Positions 7,405-17,124 are shown, numbered from the stretch's first letter. The stretch is DNA of 20,000 bases from an uncultured virus (IMG/VR IMGVR_UViG_2636415949_000001) (IMGVR_UViG_2636415949_000001); one strand, 5' to 3'. Numbers and translations: made by a program. The notes: generated from the sequence alone by a model not told the origin.

Positions 7405-9633
7405 GATGCAATGAAATTCGTCGCCCCTGTCGCGCACTCTCTCGGATATTCAATCGAAGATACTGCGACAGCCGTTGCGAAAATGTCAGATGCCGGTATT
7501 CAGGGATCGATGGCGGGTACGGCGCTTCGTGCGTCACTCTTACACCTTACGAATCCGGTCGGTCAGTCGGCCAAAGCGATGAAAAAGTACGGAATCGAGG
7601 TAAAGGATGCCCACGGAAATCTAAAGCCGATACCCGAACTCGTCGGCCATATTTCGAAGCAGTTCGAAGGGATGACGTCGGCGCAGAAAACGGCCGCAGC
7701 GGCACAGCTCGTCGGAGTTGAAGCGGCTTCCGGATTCGTTACGCTCTTGGGCGTGGGGGAAAAGGGACTGCGCAACTACTCGAAGACGCTGAAGGAAGCC
7801 GGCGGGACAGCGGACAAAGTAGCGAAAACGCAGATGGATAACCTCAAAGGGTCATTCGAACAGTTTACGTCTGCGCTCGACGGCCTCGGAATTGCGATCG
7901 GTAACGAGTTTTTACCTACTTTCCGAAAAATTGTCGATACCGGTACGAAGGTGGTCGAGTTCCTTAGTGAGCTGAATCCGGGAATCATTACGACAGGCCT
8001 CGAAATGGCGGGTGCGGCGGCAGCGGTGGCGCTAGTTGCGTCTTCCATGATGAAACTCGGAATCGCAGTGCGCGGTTTGTTCGTTGCGATGGGTCCGGCC
8101 GGATGGGTGATCACCGGGCTCTCTTTATTAGCGGGAGCACTCGTCGGGGTGAAAGCGGGATACGATCAGATGAACACCGTTAGTTTAGAGGCGGCCGAGT
8201 CGAAGCAGAAGGAAATAGATTCTATCAACAGCTTAACGAAAGAGTTCGATAAACTTCAAAATAAAACGAAGCTGACTGCCGATGAATTCGTTTACTATCT
8301 CGATTTGAATGATCGAATTAAAACGGAGACGGACGCCAATTCCATTAAACGGATGAAGGAAGAACAGGAAGAGCTGCGAAAAAAATCAGGTCTTACAAAT
8401 GAAGAATTTAATCGCTACTTAGATTTAAACGATAAGGTTATCGCAAAAGCTCCGGACACTGCGGCCGCAATCAGCGAGCAAGGCAATGCCGCAGCAAAGA
8501 ACACAGACGCATTAAAGCGTCTTAACAAAGAAAAAGCCGAGGAACTCCGGCTGGAACTGGAAACCCAACGGGCTAAAGCTGAGGCCAATATGTCTAAATA
8601 TATAGCCGAAGAAGCGCGATTAAAAGAAAAAGTTAATGCGTTGACGAGAGAGCGATCCGATTTAGAGCAGCAGGTATCTGATCAATTACAAGTTGTGGCA
8701 GCTAAAGAGAGCGAATTGGCGGCAGCTAAAGAGGCTAAAGATACAGCACGGGTGGCAATAGCTGAAAATGAGCTCAACTTAGAGCAGACAAAGTTACAGA
8801 GATTGCGCGAGCAGTTTTCTACAAATATGGAAAACCTGAGCTCTAAGAATCAAGAGCTCCAAAAGACCCGTGAGAACATCAATCAGCTAGATGTCGTTAA
8901 TCAGAAGATGATCGACCTTGAGCTCCGTCAAGTCGGATTAAACGCCAAAAAGGGCGAAGGCGTGCGAGTGATCGATAAGGAGATTGGGCGTTTACAAGAT
9001 GCGAAGGCGAATCTGAAAAATAACACGACAGCAGCCGATCGTAAAACGGATGAATATCGAAAGTCTGTTAAAGCAATTGATGACGAGATAGCAAACCTTC
9101 GTACAGCAAGAGGGCGGGTCGCGGATATTACGTCGGAAGCCCAAAGGATGAACGCTACTCTAAGTAAGGACATCACGAAACGAATCACGACAATTACTTC
9201 GGATGTTTCTATGAAGACGGAGCGTGCCGTAAGTCGGGGAAAAGGGAACGAAGGTACTTACCACACTGGCGGCGTCATCGGCCTCGGACAGATCAATAAA
9301 CTTCACATCGGCGGCCTAGCGTCTCAATTTGCTAATCCGATGAGCCACGAAGTCGATATCCGGGCCCTGCGTAACGAAATGGTGCTTACCGAAGCACAAC
9401 AGGCGAATCTTATGCGAATGATTGACGCAGGCCACACGACGGGCCTTGGAGGAGATTCCGGCTTATCGTCGGATATGCTTCGAGCGCTTAGTTCGATTGA
9501 GCAGGCGATTAAGACGAAAGGCGGCGCTTCCATAATCGTAGATGGATACGAACTCGGCCATGTAATTGAGCCGCATATCAGCGCGATCCAACAAGACGGC
9601 CTCGATATAGAAAGTCTAAAGAGCGGGAGGTGA
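7405..9633 (+). CDS. Tail tape measure protein, exon 2 (spliced product 932 aa)
   Basis: Starts GAT GCA ATG (DAMKFVAPVAHSLGYSIEDTATA...AGIQGSMAGTALR), the direct continuation of the TMP core. Followed by a hydrophobic segment, long coiled coils and a YHTGG motif. Confidence 0.9.
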   Translation, partial: DAMKFVAPVAHSLGYSIEDTATAVAKMSDAGIQGSMAGTALRASLLHLTNPVGQSAKAMKKYGIEVKDAHGNLKPIPELVGHISKQFEGMTSAQKTAAAAQLVGVEAASGFVTLLGVGEKGLRNYSKTLKEAGGTADKVAKTQMDNLKGSFEQFTSALDGLGIAIGNEFLPTFRKIVDTGTKVVEFLSELNPGIITTGLEMAGAAAAVALVASSMMKLGIAVRGLFVAMGPAGWVITGLSLLAGALVGVKAGYDQMNTVSLEAAESKQKEIDSINSLTKEFDKLQNKTKLTADEFVYYLDLNDRIKTETDANSIKRMKEEQEELRKKSGLTNEEFNRYLDLNDKVIAKAPDTAAAISEQGNAAAKNTDALKRLNKEKAEELRLELETQRAKAEANMSKYIAEEARLKEKVNALTRERSDLEQQVSDQLQVVAAKESELAAAKEAKDTARVAIAENELNLEQTKLQRLREQFSTNMENLSSKNQELQKTRENINQLDVVNQKMIDLELRQVGLNAKKGEGVRVIDKEIGRLQDAKANLKNNTTAADRKTDEYRKSVKAIDDEIANLRTARGRVADITSEAQRMNATLSKDITKRITTITSDVSMKTERAVSRGKGNEGTYHTGGVIGLGQINKLHIGGLASQFANPMSHEVDIRALRNEMVLTEAQQANLMRMIDAGHTTGLGGDSGLSSDMLRALSSIEQAIKTKGGASIIVDGYELGHVIEPHISAIQQDGLDIESLKSGR

Positions 9634-9639
9634 TTTCGA

Positions 9640-11064
9640 ATGGGAAATACGGACTTCATAAAGAAAATCGCCCCGGATGCACAGAAGATATTCGTAAATT
9701 ATAAAATTCTCGCCAGCCTTGTAATCGCGCAGGGATGTCTCGAAAGTGCGTACGGAACCAGTGGTCTTGCCGTTAATGGAAAGAACCTTTTCGGAGTGAA
9801 GGGCGAATATAACGGAAAATACGTCATCATGAAAACGTGGGAAGTAATCAACGGAAGAAACGTTCAAGTGGACGCCAAGTTCCGGAAGTACCCGACGTGG
9901 TATGAGTCGATGCAAGACCTTGCGAAGCTTTACGTAAACGGCGTCAGTTGGGACCCGAATCACTATAAGGCGGTCGTAGGCGAGAAAAACTACAAGAAAG
10001 CGACTGCTGCGCTGGTAGACGCCGGTTATGCAACGGACCCGTCTTACGCATCAAAGCTTAACAGAATTATTGAAACGTACAACCTGACGAAGTACGACAG
10101 CGCCCCGTCTCCGTCGAATCCGTCCACTCCTACTACGCCGGGCACAAACAACCCGGCTCCGGTTGTCGTTGAAGAGCCGGAGGTATCTATCGACGTTTTT
10201 TCAAGCGTTTATACAACGCCTCCATCCGGTGTCCCTATTACGGATAGCAACTTCCGGATACTTTACAAGGATGGCCGCATAATTGACATGGCTCGCGATT
10301 TATCAGTTCTTGTGCGAAGTTTCAAAATTGCTTCGCCCACTCCCGATATCGATTACGAAACGATTCCGGGGAGGGACGGATTAGTTCGAGTGGGGAAAAA
10401 CTTCGGAGCCCGAACGCTGACTGCCGAATGTCTCTTGCTCGGAGCGGATGACGTTGATTTTCATTTATTACAAGCGGAACTCTTTCACGCGCTTCATCGC
10501 GAGGAGGAGTTCTTTTTAGTTTCGGAAGCGACGCCGAAAAAACGGTGGCGGGTCGAGCTAAGCGCATCATTCACGCCTGACAGAATCGGTAGCTTTGGCG
10601 ACTTTACGCTGACTTTCCAAAGCGCCTCGACTTATTGCGAATCAGTCGGCACCACACTGGATGCGTTTACGTTTGATGCGAACAAATGGCAGATAGGCGA
10701 AGGACTGACGGACGATATCCCTTCGTACAAACACAAGACGAAGACTTTTCGTATTTTCAACGCGGGAGCCGTCCGGCTAGATCCGAGATACATGCCTTTA
10801 AAAATCACGTATAAAGGCGAGTCAAATAAATTGTCGATCAAAAATAGAACAACAGGCGATCTGTGGACGTTTTCCGGCAATTCCACTACGAAGGAAGCGA
10901 TTCAAATTTCCGGTGTTACTGTGAAAAAGGGTAACGTTAGCATCTTCGGTCAGACAAATTTCGGACTCATTACGCTTGAGCCCGGATGGAATGATTTTGA
11001 GTTAAGCGGAACGAGCGGGGATTTTGAGATCACCTTTGATTTCAGATTCCACTATTACGCGTAG
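9640..11064 (+). CDS. GH73 glucosaminidase/muramidase fused to distal tail protein (Dit, siphovirus tail component)
   Basis: N-terminal AQGCLESAYG, NLFGVKG, FRKY.TW.ES and GYATDPSY motifs, then a Pro/Thr/Ser linker, then Dit motifs IPGRDG, P.K.W.V, F.IFNAG..DPR and L.PGWN.F. RBS GGGAGGTGA. Confidence 0.82.
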   Translation: MGNTDFIKKIAPDAQKIFVNYKILASLVIAQGCLESAYGTSGLAVNGKNLFGVKGEYNGKYVIMKTWEVINGRNVQVDAKFRKYPTWYESMQDLAKLYVNGVSWDPNHYKAVVGEKNYKKATAALVDAGYATDPSYASKLNRIIETYNLTKYDSAPSPSNPSTPTTPGTNNPAPVVVEEPEVSIDVFSSVYTTPPSGVPITDSNFRILYKDGRIIDMARDLSVLVRSFKIASPTPDIDYETIPGRDGLVRVGKNFGARTLTAECLLLGADDVDFHLLQAELFHALHREEEFFLVSEATPKKRWRVELSASFTPDRIGSFGDFTLTFQSASTYCESVGTTLDAFTFDANKWQIGEGLTDDIPSYKHKTKTFRIFNAGAVRLDPRYMPLKITYKGESNKLSIKNRTTGDLWTFSGNSTTKEAIQISGVTVKKGNVSIFGQTNFGLITLEPGWNDFELSGTSGDFEITFDFRFHYYA

Positions 11065-11075
11065 GGAGGTGCGTC

Positions 11076-12476
11076 ATGCCTAGTTTGATTGTAAAAAACC
11101 TTGCTAATCAGGTCGAAGCCTTAACGGACTTTAACGTGACAAAGAAAGATGAAATCGATAACGGCAGGTCTTTAGATGTATCAGTTATACAGACCGATCG
11201 GAACGCGCACTCCTTTCCGCTGATTCAGAATGAAGGCTCTCTTTTTTATGAAGACGAGGAATTTGTCATCCGAAAGACGCGCTATGTACCGATCGGAGGC
11301 AAGAGACTAAAGGTCGACATTACGGCCCTGCACCGATCATTTTCAGACCTCGGAGAGAATTACGTGTACGAGACTTCGGGGAAAAAGAAAAAACTTTACC
11401 TCGAAGATATGCTGGATATCGCATTAAAAGGCTCCGGGTATTCTTACGAAGTTGTACCGGATGGTCTTGGTGATTCATTTGAAGTAGAGGATTTCGGGAA
11501 TGGATACTCGCTCGGACTGTTAAACGATATTAAAGAAAAATACTCGGCGGAATATGAATGTATTGGAAAGAAAGTGTACTTCGCGAAGGAGATAGCGAGA
11601 GATACAGACTATGTTATTCGCGATCGAGTAAATGTAAAAGATCCGACACAGGAAATCGACACCTCTTCTATAAAAACGTTTATCAAGGGCTTCGGAAAGA
11701 AAGACGACAAGACAGGGAAATATGCGGTCGAAGCTGAATACAAAAGCCCTTTGGCTGCAATCTACGGAATTAAACACGCAAATCCAATATTCGACGACTC
11801 TTACACGGCAAAGGACGAGGGTAAACTTGAACAGCGGCTAGAAAAAGAACTGACCGATAAGATTGAGATATCTATCAGTTTGACATATGTGGAAGTCGAA
11901 GCTTTGAAAATGCAGGACATCCGAAAAGGTGATTACGTGTGGTGCGTATTAGAGCCGTTTGACTTACGCACCAAGCTACGCGTTGTCAGTGTCGAATCTT
12001 ATTCCAATCCGAATAAACCGTCTGTTTTTACTTTCGGAAAATTGCGGCCGAATATCAGTAAAACTGTCGCAAAACTAGGTCGTACGCAGAGCACGCTCTC
12101 CAAGCTTATCGATACGTCAACTGGGAAAGTGAAAGGCAGCGCCATAAGCGGAAACATAACCATCGGAAAAGACGCGATTTACGAAGACGGGTACGATCCG
12201 ACAAAGCTGACGATTCCTACGTACGGCCGGGCAAACGCAACAACGGACGGTCTTATGAGCTCATCGGACTATGTGAAGCTGGCGAGTATCGTATTGGGGC
12301 CCGACGGCCAAGTTTATGTCTCGCTGGCTACCGAAACGACTGACGGCTTAATGAGCGCATCTGACTTCGCAAAGCTGCAACGCATCAAGGTCGGTACGGC
12401 TACGGTGGATATATCGACACTTTCGCAACAGCTCGAATCTATAAACAAGCGCCTGACCGCGCTAGAGAATAAATAA
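11076..12476 (+). CDS. Tail-associated (Tal-like) baseplate hub / prophage tail endopeptidase-family protein
   Basis: Follows Dit. T.IKGFGK, EY.SPLA.IYGIKHA.P..D and GD.V motifs. C-terminal duplicated A..TTDGLMS.SD..KL motif and terminal coiled coil. Confidence 0.78.
   Translation: MPSLIVKNLANQVEALTDFNVTKKDEIDNGRSLDVSVIQTDRNAHSFPLIQNEGSLFYEDEEFVIRKTRYVPIGGKRLKVDITALHRSFSDLGENYVYETSGKKKKLYLEDMLDIALKGSGYSYEVVPDGLGDSFEVEDFGNGYSLGLLNDIKEKYSAEYECIGKKVYFAKEIARDTDYVIRDRVNVKDPTQEIDTSSIKTFIKGFGKKDDKTGKYAVEAEYKSPLAAIYGIKHANPIFDDSYTAKDEGKLEQRLEKELTDKIEISISLTYVEVEALKMQDIRKGDYVWCVLEPFDLRTKLRVVSVESYSNPNKPSVFTFGKLRPNISKTVAKLGRTQSTLSKLIDTSTGKVKGSAISGNITIGKDAIYEDGYDPTKLTIPTYGRANATTDGLMSSSDYVKLASIVLGPDGQVYVSLATETTDGLMSASDFAKLQRIKVGTATVDISTLSQQLESINKRLTALENK
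12231..12377 (+). repeat. Duplicated 17-aa fibre motif in the Tal C-terminus
   Basis: ANATTDGLMSSSDYVKL (12231-12281) and ATETTDGLMSASDFAKL (12327-12377). Confidence 0.75.
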
Positions 12477-12490
12477 CGAGGAGGAGTACA

Positions 12491-15055
12491 ATGCCGAAAT
12501 TTCCGTACAGAAAGGCCGGGGCGGCGTGGGACCGTGTTTTTCGTAACGATCACAACCAAAACCTCGATGATATTGCGGACGATATTAAAGGATCGTATAC
12601 GGATCTGGCCGCACATAAGAACGCGAAAACCGCCCACACGTCGGAGCAAATCGACCATGGCGGTTTTTCTTTGCGCACATATATCGACGGCCTGTATAAC
12701 CGTATCAGAAATCTGATCCTTAACGCGGACGGTACAAACGTAAAAGAGGTCGTTGACGCTCGTGTAGACGCGGAAGGAAACATCGCGCCTCTATTGAAAG
12801 AGCGGCTCGACAAAGAGTATAACAAGCTTTTACGCAAAATTGAGCGCGATGTAAACGTTGATGATTACGGAGCCGATCCGACAGGCGTTAACGATAGTAC
12901 AGAAGCGTTTAAAAAGGCGATAGGGAACGGTAAGGTGCGGCTAAATCTATCGGCAGGCACGTATATCGTTAAAGGCATCAAGTTGCCGTCATGGACGTAT
13001 TTGATCGGTCAAGGTATGGGCGTTACTACGTTGAAGCTACACGAAGATACGCCGGCGAGCGAATGGGTCATCATTAACGCGGACCCGGCGTCCGGCAACC
13101 GGAATATCGTAGTCCAAGGAATGTCACTCGACTGGAATCCGGATCGTCAAGGCGGCGTTAGTTCAACTGGCGGAATCCATTCGAGCTGTTTAACTTTCGC
13201 GCAAGTGAAGTTCGGTATCGTCCGGGAGGTCGAAGGCGTTAATCCGGGGCTCCACTGTTTCGACATATCGGCCCCTACCTACGATATTACAGCGAAGGAT
13301 TACACCGCAACAGGAAGTAAGTACGTCTGGATCGATCGCTGCGTCGGCTATGGTTACGGTGATGACGGGATCACTACGCACTACAGCGAATATATCTTCA
13401 TCACCAATAACGTAATGACAAATCCGCGCGGCACAGCCCACCGTAAGGGTGCCGCCAATTCGAACGGTATCGAAGTCGATGACGGATCTAAACACGTATG
13501 GCTTCTTGATAACTACACTGAAGGAAACATCCGAGGCGTAGAGGTGAAGGCTCATACAGAATGGCCGGCGCCTTGTAACGTCCATATTCGCGGACACGAA
13601 TCTTTCCGGGATGTGCGCTCATTCGACTTGCGGCATATAGGACACCACTTAGCGACTGATCCGTGGAGCGAGACGGCGAGGGACGTAACGCTGATCGATT
13701 GTACTGCGCGAGAGCCGATATTCAATTCGCTGTATGACGGACTGGAACCGAAAGCTTTAGTCGTCTCGGCGTACCAACGTGTTAAGATAATCGGTTTTAC
13801 TGCAATCGGTGATCCGACGTATGACTACAAAGGAAAGTCGATGATAGCCTTTCAATATAAGAGCCGGAAGATAACTGTAACTGGTCTGCAAATTTCCGGT
13901 TTTAAAAAGGCCGGCTATGATGTCAACATTACCGGAGGCGATCAGCGCACAGATGACGTCCTCATTTCTGATTTCGTTATCCATGATTCAGCGCAAAATG
14001 GTATCGGGATCGGGGGCGGTGTCTATAACGTAAACTTGGAAAATGGTATTCTTCACGTATCTAGCGGTACGGCCGGCATCACATCGCCGAATACGCAAAC
14101 AAATATCTTAATGGTCCGGGCGTATGGTTACGAAAGTGCGGCAGTACTCGGGGGCCAGAAACATTCGGTCGTCCCTAACAACGTGAAAGGTGGGTTCCGT
14201 TCTGCTTCTACATCGGGTCACGTTTTAGACAAAACAAGCGCAGTCATTGCGACCACGGGCGGATGTATAACGAAAGGGCCTCGAAACGTCGTTCTAGGTG
14301 CCAGCGGTGGCTCATCCACAACAGCTTCGCGTCAAGCGGTTATAGCGTCAAACAATTCACATACAAAAGGCGACGGGCCGTCGAGGGTCGTGCTCGCTGC
14401 TAACGGGGTTATCAACGATAACGGATATAGCGTCAGAGGGGGCTACGGAAGCGGCAGCGCCTCGACCGGAAATACGAAATGGGAACTCGATTCAACTGGC
14501 GGACATATTCGTGGTACAGGGCGGGTAGAAAGCGTCTCAGATTTCAAAGACTTCGCGGAGTATTTCGAATCTGCTGACGGTCAGAAAATCGATTCAAGCT
14601 ATCTGGTTGCGTTAGAAGGCGAAAAGATACGAAAAGCAGGCGAAGGAGATAAGATACTCGGAGTTGTTTCGGAAACGGCCGGCTTGGTGCTCGGAGGCGC
14701 GGCGTTCTATTGGAACAATCAGTTCGAAAGAAACGAATTCGGCGGCTTGGTTTACGAAACGGTTATCGATGGTGGCGAAGAGTTGAGCGTTCCAAAATTA
14801 AACCCCGACTACGACCCTTCTCTCGAATATGTGCCGCGTGACTCTCGGGACGAATGGCATGTCATCGGCCTGATTGGCCAAGTCTTTGTCAGGATTGACG
14901 AAACAGTGGCCGTAGGGGATAGCGTATCAGCAATCGAAGGCATCGCAACCAAGGCGGAAAGCGGCGGCTATGGGACCGTTATGAAAATCATATCTCCGTA
15001 TGATGCGGAAAAAGGCTACGGTGTAGCGCAAATGATCGTTACGCCGCAGCACTAA
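12491..15055 (+). CDS. Tailspike / pre-neck appendage protein (phi29 gp12-like): beta-helix plus C-terminal peptidase G2 autocleaving chaperone
   Basis: NVDDYGADPTGVNDSTEAF (pectate-lyase-3-like helix start), GDDGITTH, NGIEVDDGS and C-terminal DFAEYFES...ILGVVS...Y.PR..R.EW..GLIGQ motifs. N-terminal EVVDAR anchor motif. RBS GAGGAG. Confidence 0.85.
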   Translation: MPKFPYRKAGAAWDRVFRNDHNQNLDDIADDIKGSYTDLAAHKNAKTAHTSEQIDHGGFSLRTYIDGLYNRIRNLILNADGTNVKEVVDARVDAEGNIAPLLKERLDKEYNKLLRKIERDVNVDDYGADPTGVNDSTEAFKKAIGNGKVRLNLSAGTYIVKGIKLPSWTYLIGQGMGVTTLKLHEDTPASEWVIINADPASGNRNIVVQGMSLDWNPDRQGGVSSTGGIHSSCLTFAQVKFGIVREVEGVNPGLHCFDISAPTYDITAKDYTATGSKYVWIDRCVGYGYGDDGITTHYSEYIFITNNVMTNPRGTAHRKGAANSNGIEVDDGSKHVWLLDNYTEGNIRGVEVKAHTEWPAPCNVHIRGHESFRDVRSFDLRHIGHHLATDPWSETARDVTLIDCTAREPIFNSLYDGLEPKALVVSAYQRVKIIGFTAIGDPTYDYKGKSMIAFQYKSRKITVTGLQISGFKKAGYDVNITGGDQRTDDVLISDFVIHDSAQNGIGIGGGVYNVNLENGILHVSSGTAGITSPNTQTNILMVRAYGYESAAVLGGQKHSVVPNNVKGGFRSASTSGHVLDKTSAVIATTGGCITKGPRNVVLGASGGSSTTASRQAVIASNNSHTKGDGPSRVVLAANGVINDNGYSVRGGYGSGSASTGNTKWELDSTGGHIRGTGRVESVSDFKDFAEYFESADGQKIDSSYLVALEGEKIRKAGEGDKILGVVSETAGLVLGGAAFYWNNQFERNEFGGLVYETVIDGGEELSVPKLNPDYDPSLEYVPRDSRDEWHVIGLIGQVFVRIDETVAVGDSVSAIEGIATKAESGGYGTVMKIISPYDAEKGYGVAQMIVTPQH

Positions 15056-15067
15056 GGAGGTTTTGCA

Positions 15068-16651
15068 GTGATATACAATAACGCACCAATTGCGTTTGAG
15101 GTGACGAGCCGGACAAAAACGAATATTAAAACCGCCATACAGTTCAGCACGCAAGACTTCGATACGGCGCGGTTACTCTTCTCGCTAACTAAGGATGGCG
15201 TCCCGTTGCCATTGTCTGCTGTTACCGGGAAGCTTGTCATGTTCACGGCGGACGGCAGCCGGTTCGTAAGAAGCGTAGAGATCACGGATAAAGTCGAAGG
15301 TGTTGCGCAGTACGTTCTGTCAGCCGAAGAGATCCGACACAGTGGCGATGTGCAGGCGGAACTTTACCTGTATTACGCTAATAAGCAGGCGCTTTCCATC
15401 CATAAGTTTTCGTTTACTATCGACAAGGCGCTGATTGATACGGATATCGTACCGTTGGCGGAATACTACGTTGATGACTTCGAAGCGTTGCGCCAACAAA
15501 TCAACGACTTATACGACGAAGTGGTCGAAACAGTCGAAGAGCTGCGCAAGAAATTCGAAGACCTCGAAAATATTGAAACGAAAGAAGGGGCGCAAGCAAA
15601 AGCGGACGCTGCAGAAAAGAATGCGAAGTCCTATACGGACACTCATACGAAAAGGACTGACAATCCGCATAGCGTAACGAAATCGCAAATCGGTTTGGGA
15701 AACGTTGAGAATGTGAAGCAGGAGACGCCTGACGGTGCGCAGGCAAAAGCCGACAAGGCCTTAACGGACAGCAAAGCGTACACGGACGAACACACAGGTC
15801 GGACTGATAACCCGCACTCAGTGACGAAGGATCAGATCGGACTTAGTAACGTCGACAACGTTAAGCAGGCGCCCCTCGACCAATTCCGGGCCCATGATTC
15901 CAATAGCATCCGTCACACGTCGCAGGTTGAGAAGGACAAGTGGAACGGATCGCAACTGTTTAAATTGACGCAGGATACAGGCGCGGCACAGTACATGACA
16001 GGCATCGATTTTAATACGGTGACAGATACCGGCTTCTATTATATGAGCGGCGCAACGACGGCCCTAAACGCTCCGGTAAATAACAACGGCTATCTTCTCG
16101 TTCATAACTACAGCACGTACGCGTATCAGGAATACACGTCCTATAGTAGCAATGATTCGACGTCTTCCGGCCGGCGGAAATTTATGCGTAATAAGGTCGC
16201 GAGCTCGGAGTCGTGGACGTCATGGCGCGAGCTTGAATCGGTAGAAGGGGCGCAGTCAAAGGTAGATGCTCACGCAAACAAAACGGACATTCACGTTGTA
16301 CAGGCGGATAAAGATAAGTGGAATAGTCCGTGGGTCGCGACGTGGAATAACGTTACTTTGATTAACGGCGCGCAACAAAACGCTAGCTATCCGTTCAAGT
16401 TTTCCGTTGCGAATAACGAAATTAAACTGCGTGGCACGTTCGGCTCGCTCCCGGCCGCCGGTACGACGGTAGCGAAATTCACGTATAAGCCGACGCAGCT
16501 CGTAGATTTCGTCGTTCCTACGATTGGCTCTTACGGGACGGCCCGGTTTGCCTTTACGACGGACGGGGAGCTACGGTTCGACGGTCTTTCCGCGACCGAC
16601 TCGGCTAGCGTTACGCGTGTGTCCTTTAATATCGGTATCCCATTATGGTAA
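15068..16651 (+). CDS. BppU-family baseplate upper protein / tail fibre (receptor-binding)
   Basis: GTG start after AAGGAGG. N-terminal F.TQD..TARL.F.LTKDG.PL (BppU/DUF2479-like), HxxxTDNPH.VTK.QIGL.NV.NVKQ fibre repeats, DFN....TGFYY knob-like segment and C-terminal W..VTL.NG domain. Confidence 0.8.
   Translation: MIYNNAPIAFEVTSRTKTNIKTAIQFSTQDFDTARLLFSLTKDGVPLPLSAVTGKLVMFTADGSRFVRSVEITDKVEGVAQYVLSAEEIRHSGDVQAELYLYYANKQALSIHKFSFTIDKALIDTDIVPLAEYYVDDFEALRQQINDLYDEVVETVEELRKKFEDLENIETKEGAQAKADAAEKNAKSYTDTHTKRTDNPHSVTKSQIGLGNVENVKQETPDGAQAKADKALTDSKAYTDEHTGRTDNPHSVTKDQIGLSNVDNVKQAPLDQFRAHDSNSIRHTSQVEKDKWNGSQLFKLTQDTGAAQYMTGIDFNTVTDTGFYYMSGATTALNAPVNNNGYLLVHNYSTYAYQEYTSYSSNDSTSSGRRKFMRNKVASSESWTSWRELESVEGAQSKVDAHANKTDIHVVQADKDKWNSPWVATWNNVTLINGAQQNASYPFKFSVANNEIKLRGTFGSLPAAGTTVAKFTYKPTQLVDFVVPTIGSYGTARFAFTTDGELRFDGLSATDSASVTRVSFNIGIPLW
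15575..15868 (+). repeat. Tandem 147-nt (49-aa) repeat in the fibre shaft
   Basis: ETKEGAQAKADAAEKNAKSYTDTHTKRTDNPHSVTKSQIGLGNVENVKQ followed by ETPDGAQAKADKALTDSKAYTDEHTGRTDNPHSVTKDQIGLSNVDNVKQ. A partial third copy (ESVEGAQSKVDAH) lies near 16234. Confidence 0.85.
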
Positions 16652-16665
16652 AGGAGGAAATCAGA

Positions 16666-16935
16666 ATGCACGTTTTATACTACGACAAAAATTTCGACTA
16701 TGCCGGCGAAGAAGATATCGATGTAGAAGTGCTGCCGCCAAACAGTACGGACGTATTACCCGATCCGTCGATTATCTCACCGCGATTCGATAAGAAGAAT
16801 AACGTATGGGTCGAGGCGGCAACGGAGGAATACAAAGAGAGCATTAAGCCTGATCCGCCGGCTCCGAATGAAATCGAGAATCTTCAAAAGCAGATAGCGG
16901 ATTTATATTATCTTATCGCGACGGGAGGAAACTAA
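16666..16935 (+). CDS. XkdW-like small tail-fibre-associated protein
   Basis: RBS AAGGAGG favours ATG 16666. P.NST...P and FD.....WVE motifs, C-terminal coiled coil, directly before the XkdX-like gene. Confidence 0.65.
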   Translation: MHVLYYDKNFDYAGEEDIDVEVLPPNSTDVLPDPSIISPRFDKKNNVWVEAATEEYKESIKPDPPAPNEIENLQKQIADLYYLIATGGN

Positions 16936-17124
16936 ATGACTTGGTATCTCCGTATCAAAAATCTTTATGACGCCGGCCTCTGGACGAAAAAGCAAGTTCA
17001 CGATACTGTCGGAGCTGGCCGGATAACACCGGAAGAATACGAGAAAATCACCGGAGATGTTTACGATCCAAACAAGCCTCCTATCGAAGAACCTCCGGAA
17101 GAAACAGGCGGACAGGAGGCGTAG
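16936..17124 (+). CDS. xkdX: XkdX-family protein
   Basis: W...IK..YD.GLW....V...V..G.ITPEEY..ITG..Y signature. Confidence 0.8.
   Translation: MTWYLRIKNLYDAGLWTKKQVHDTVGAGRITPEEYEKITGDVYDPNKPPIEEPPEETGGQEA

Noticed and set aside
7283..7537. Minus-strand 84-aa ORF across the intron core, and the other antisense or nested ORFs in the track
   Set aside because: These are shadows of well-supported + strand genes or of the ribozyme core, with no recognisable motifs.
15575..15868. Repeats as a CRISPR array or DGR template/variable repeat
   Set aside because: They are in-frame degenerate protein repeats with no spacers, no adenine-specific variation and no RT or cas gene in the window.
16645..16665. 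Upstream starts given in the ORF track (2891, 16645, 19456, 19819)
   Set aside because: Shine-Dalgarno spacing supports downstream starts at 2897, 16666, 19447 and 19774.
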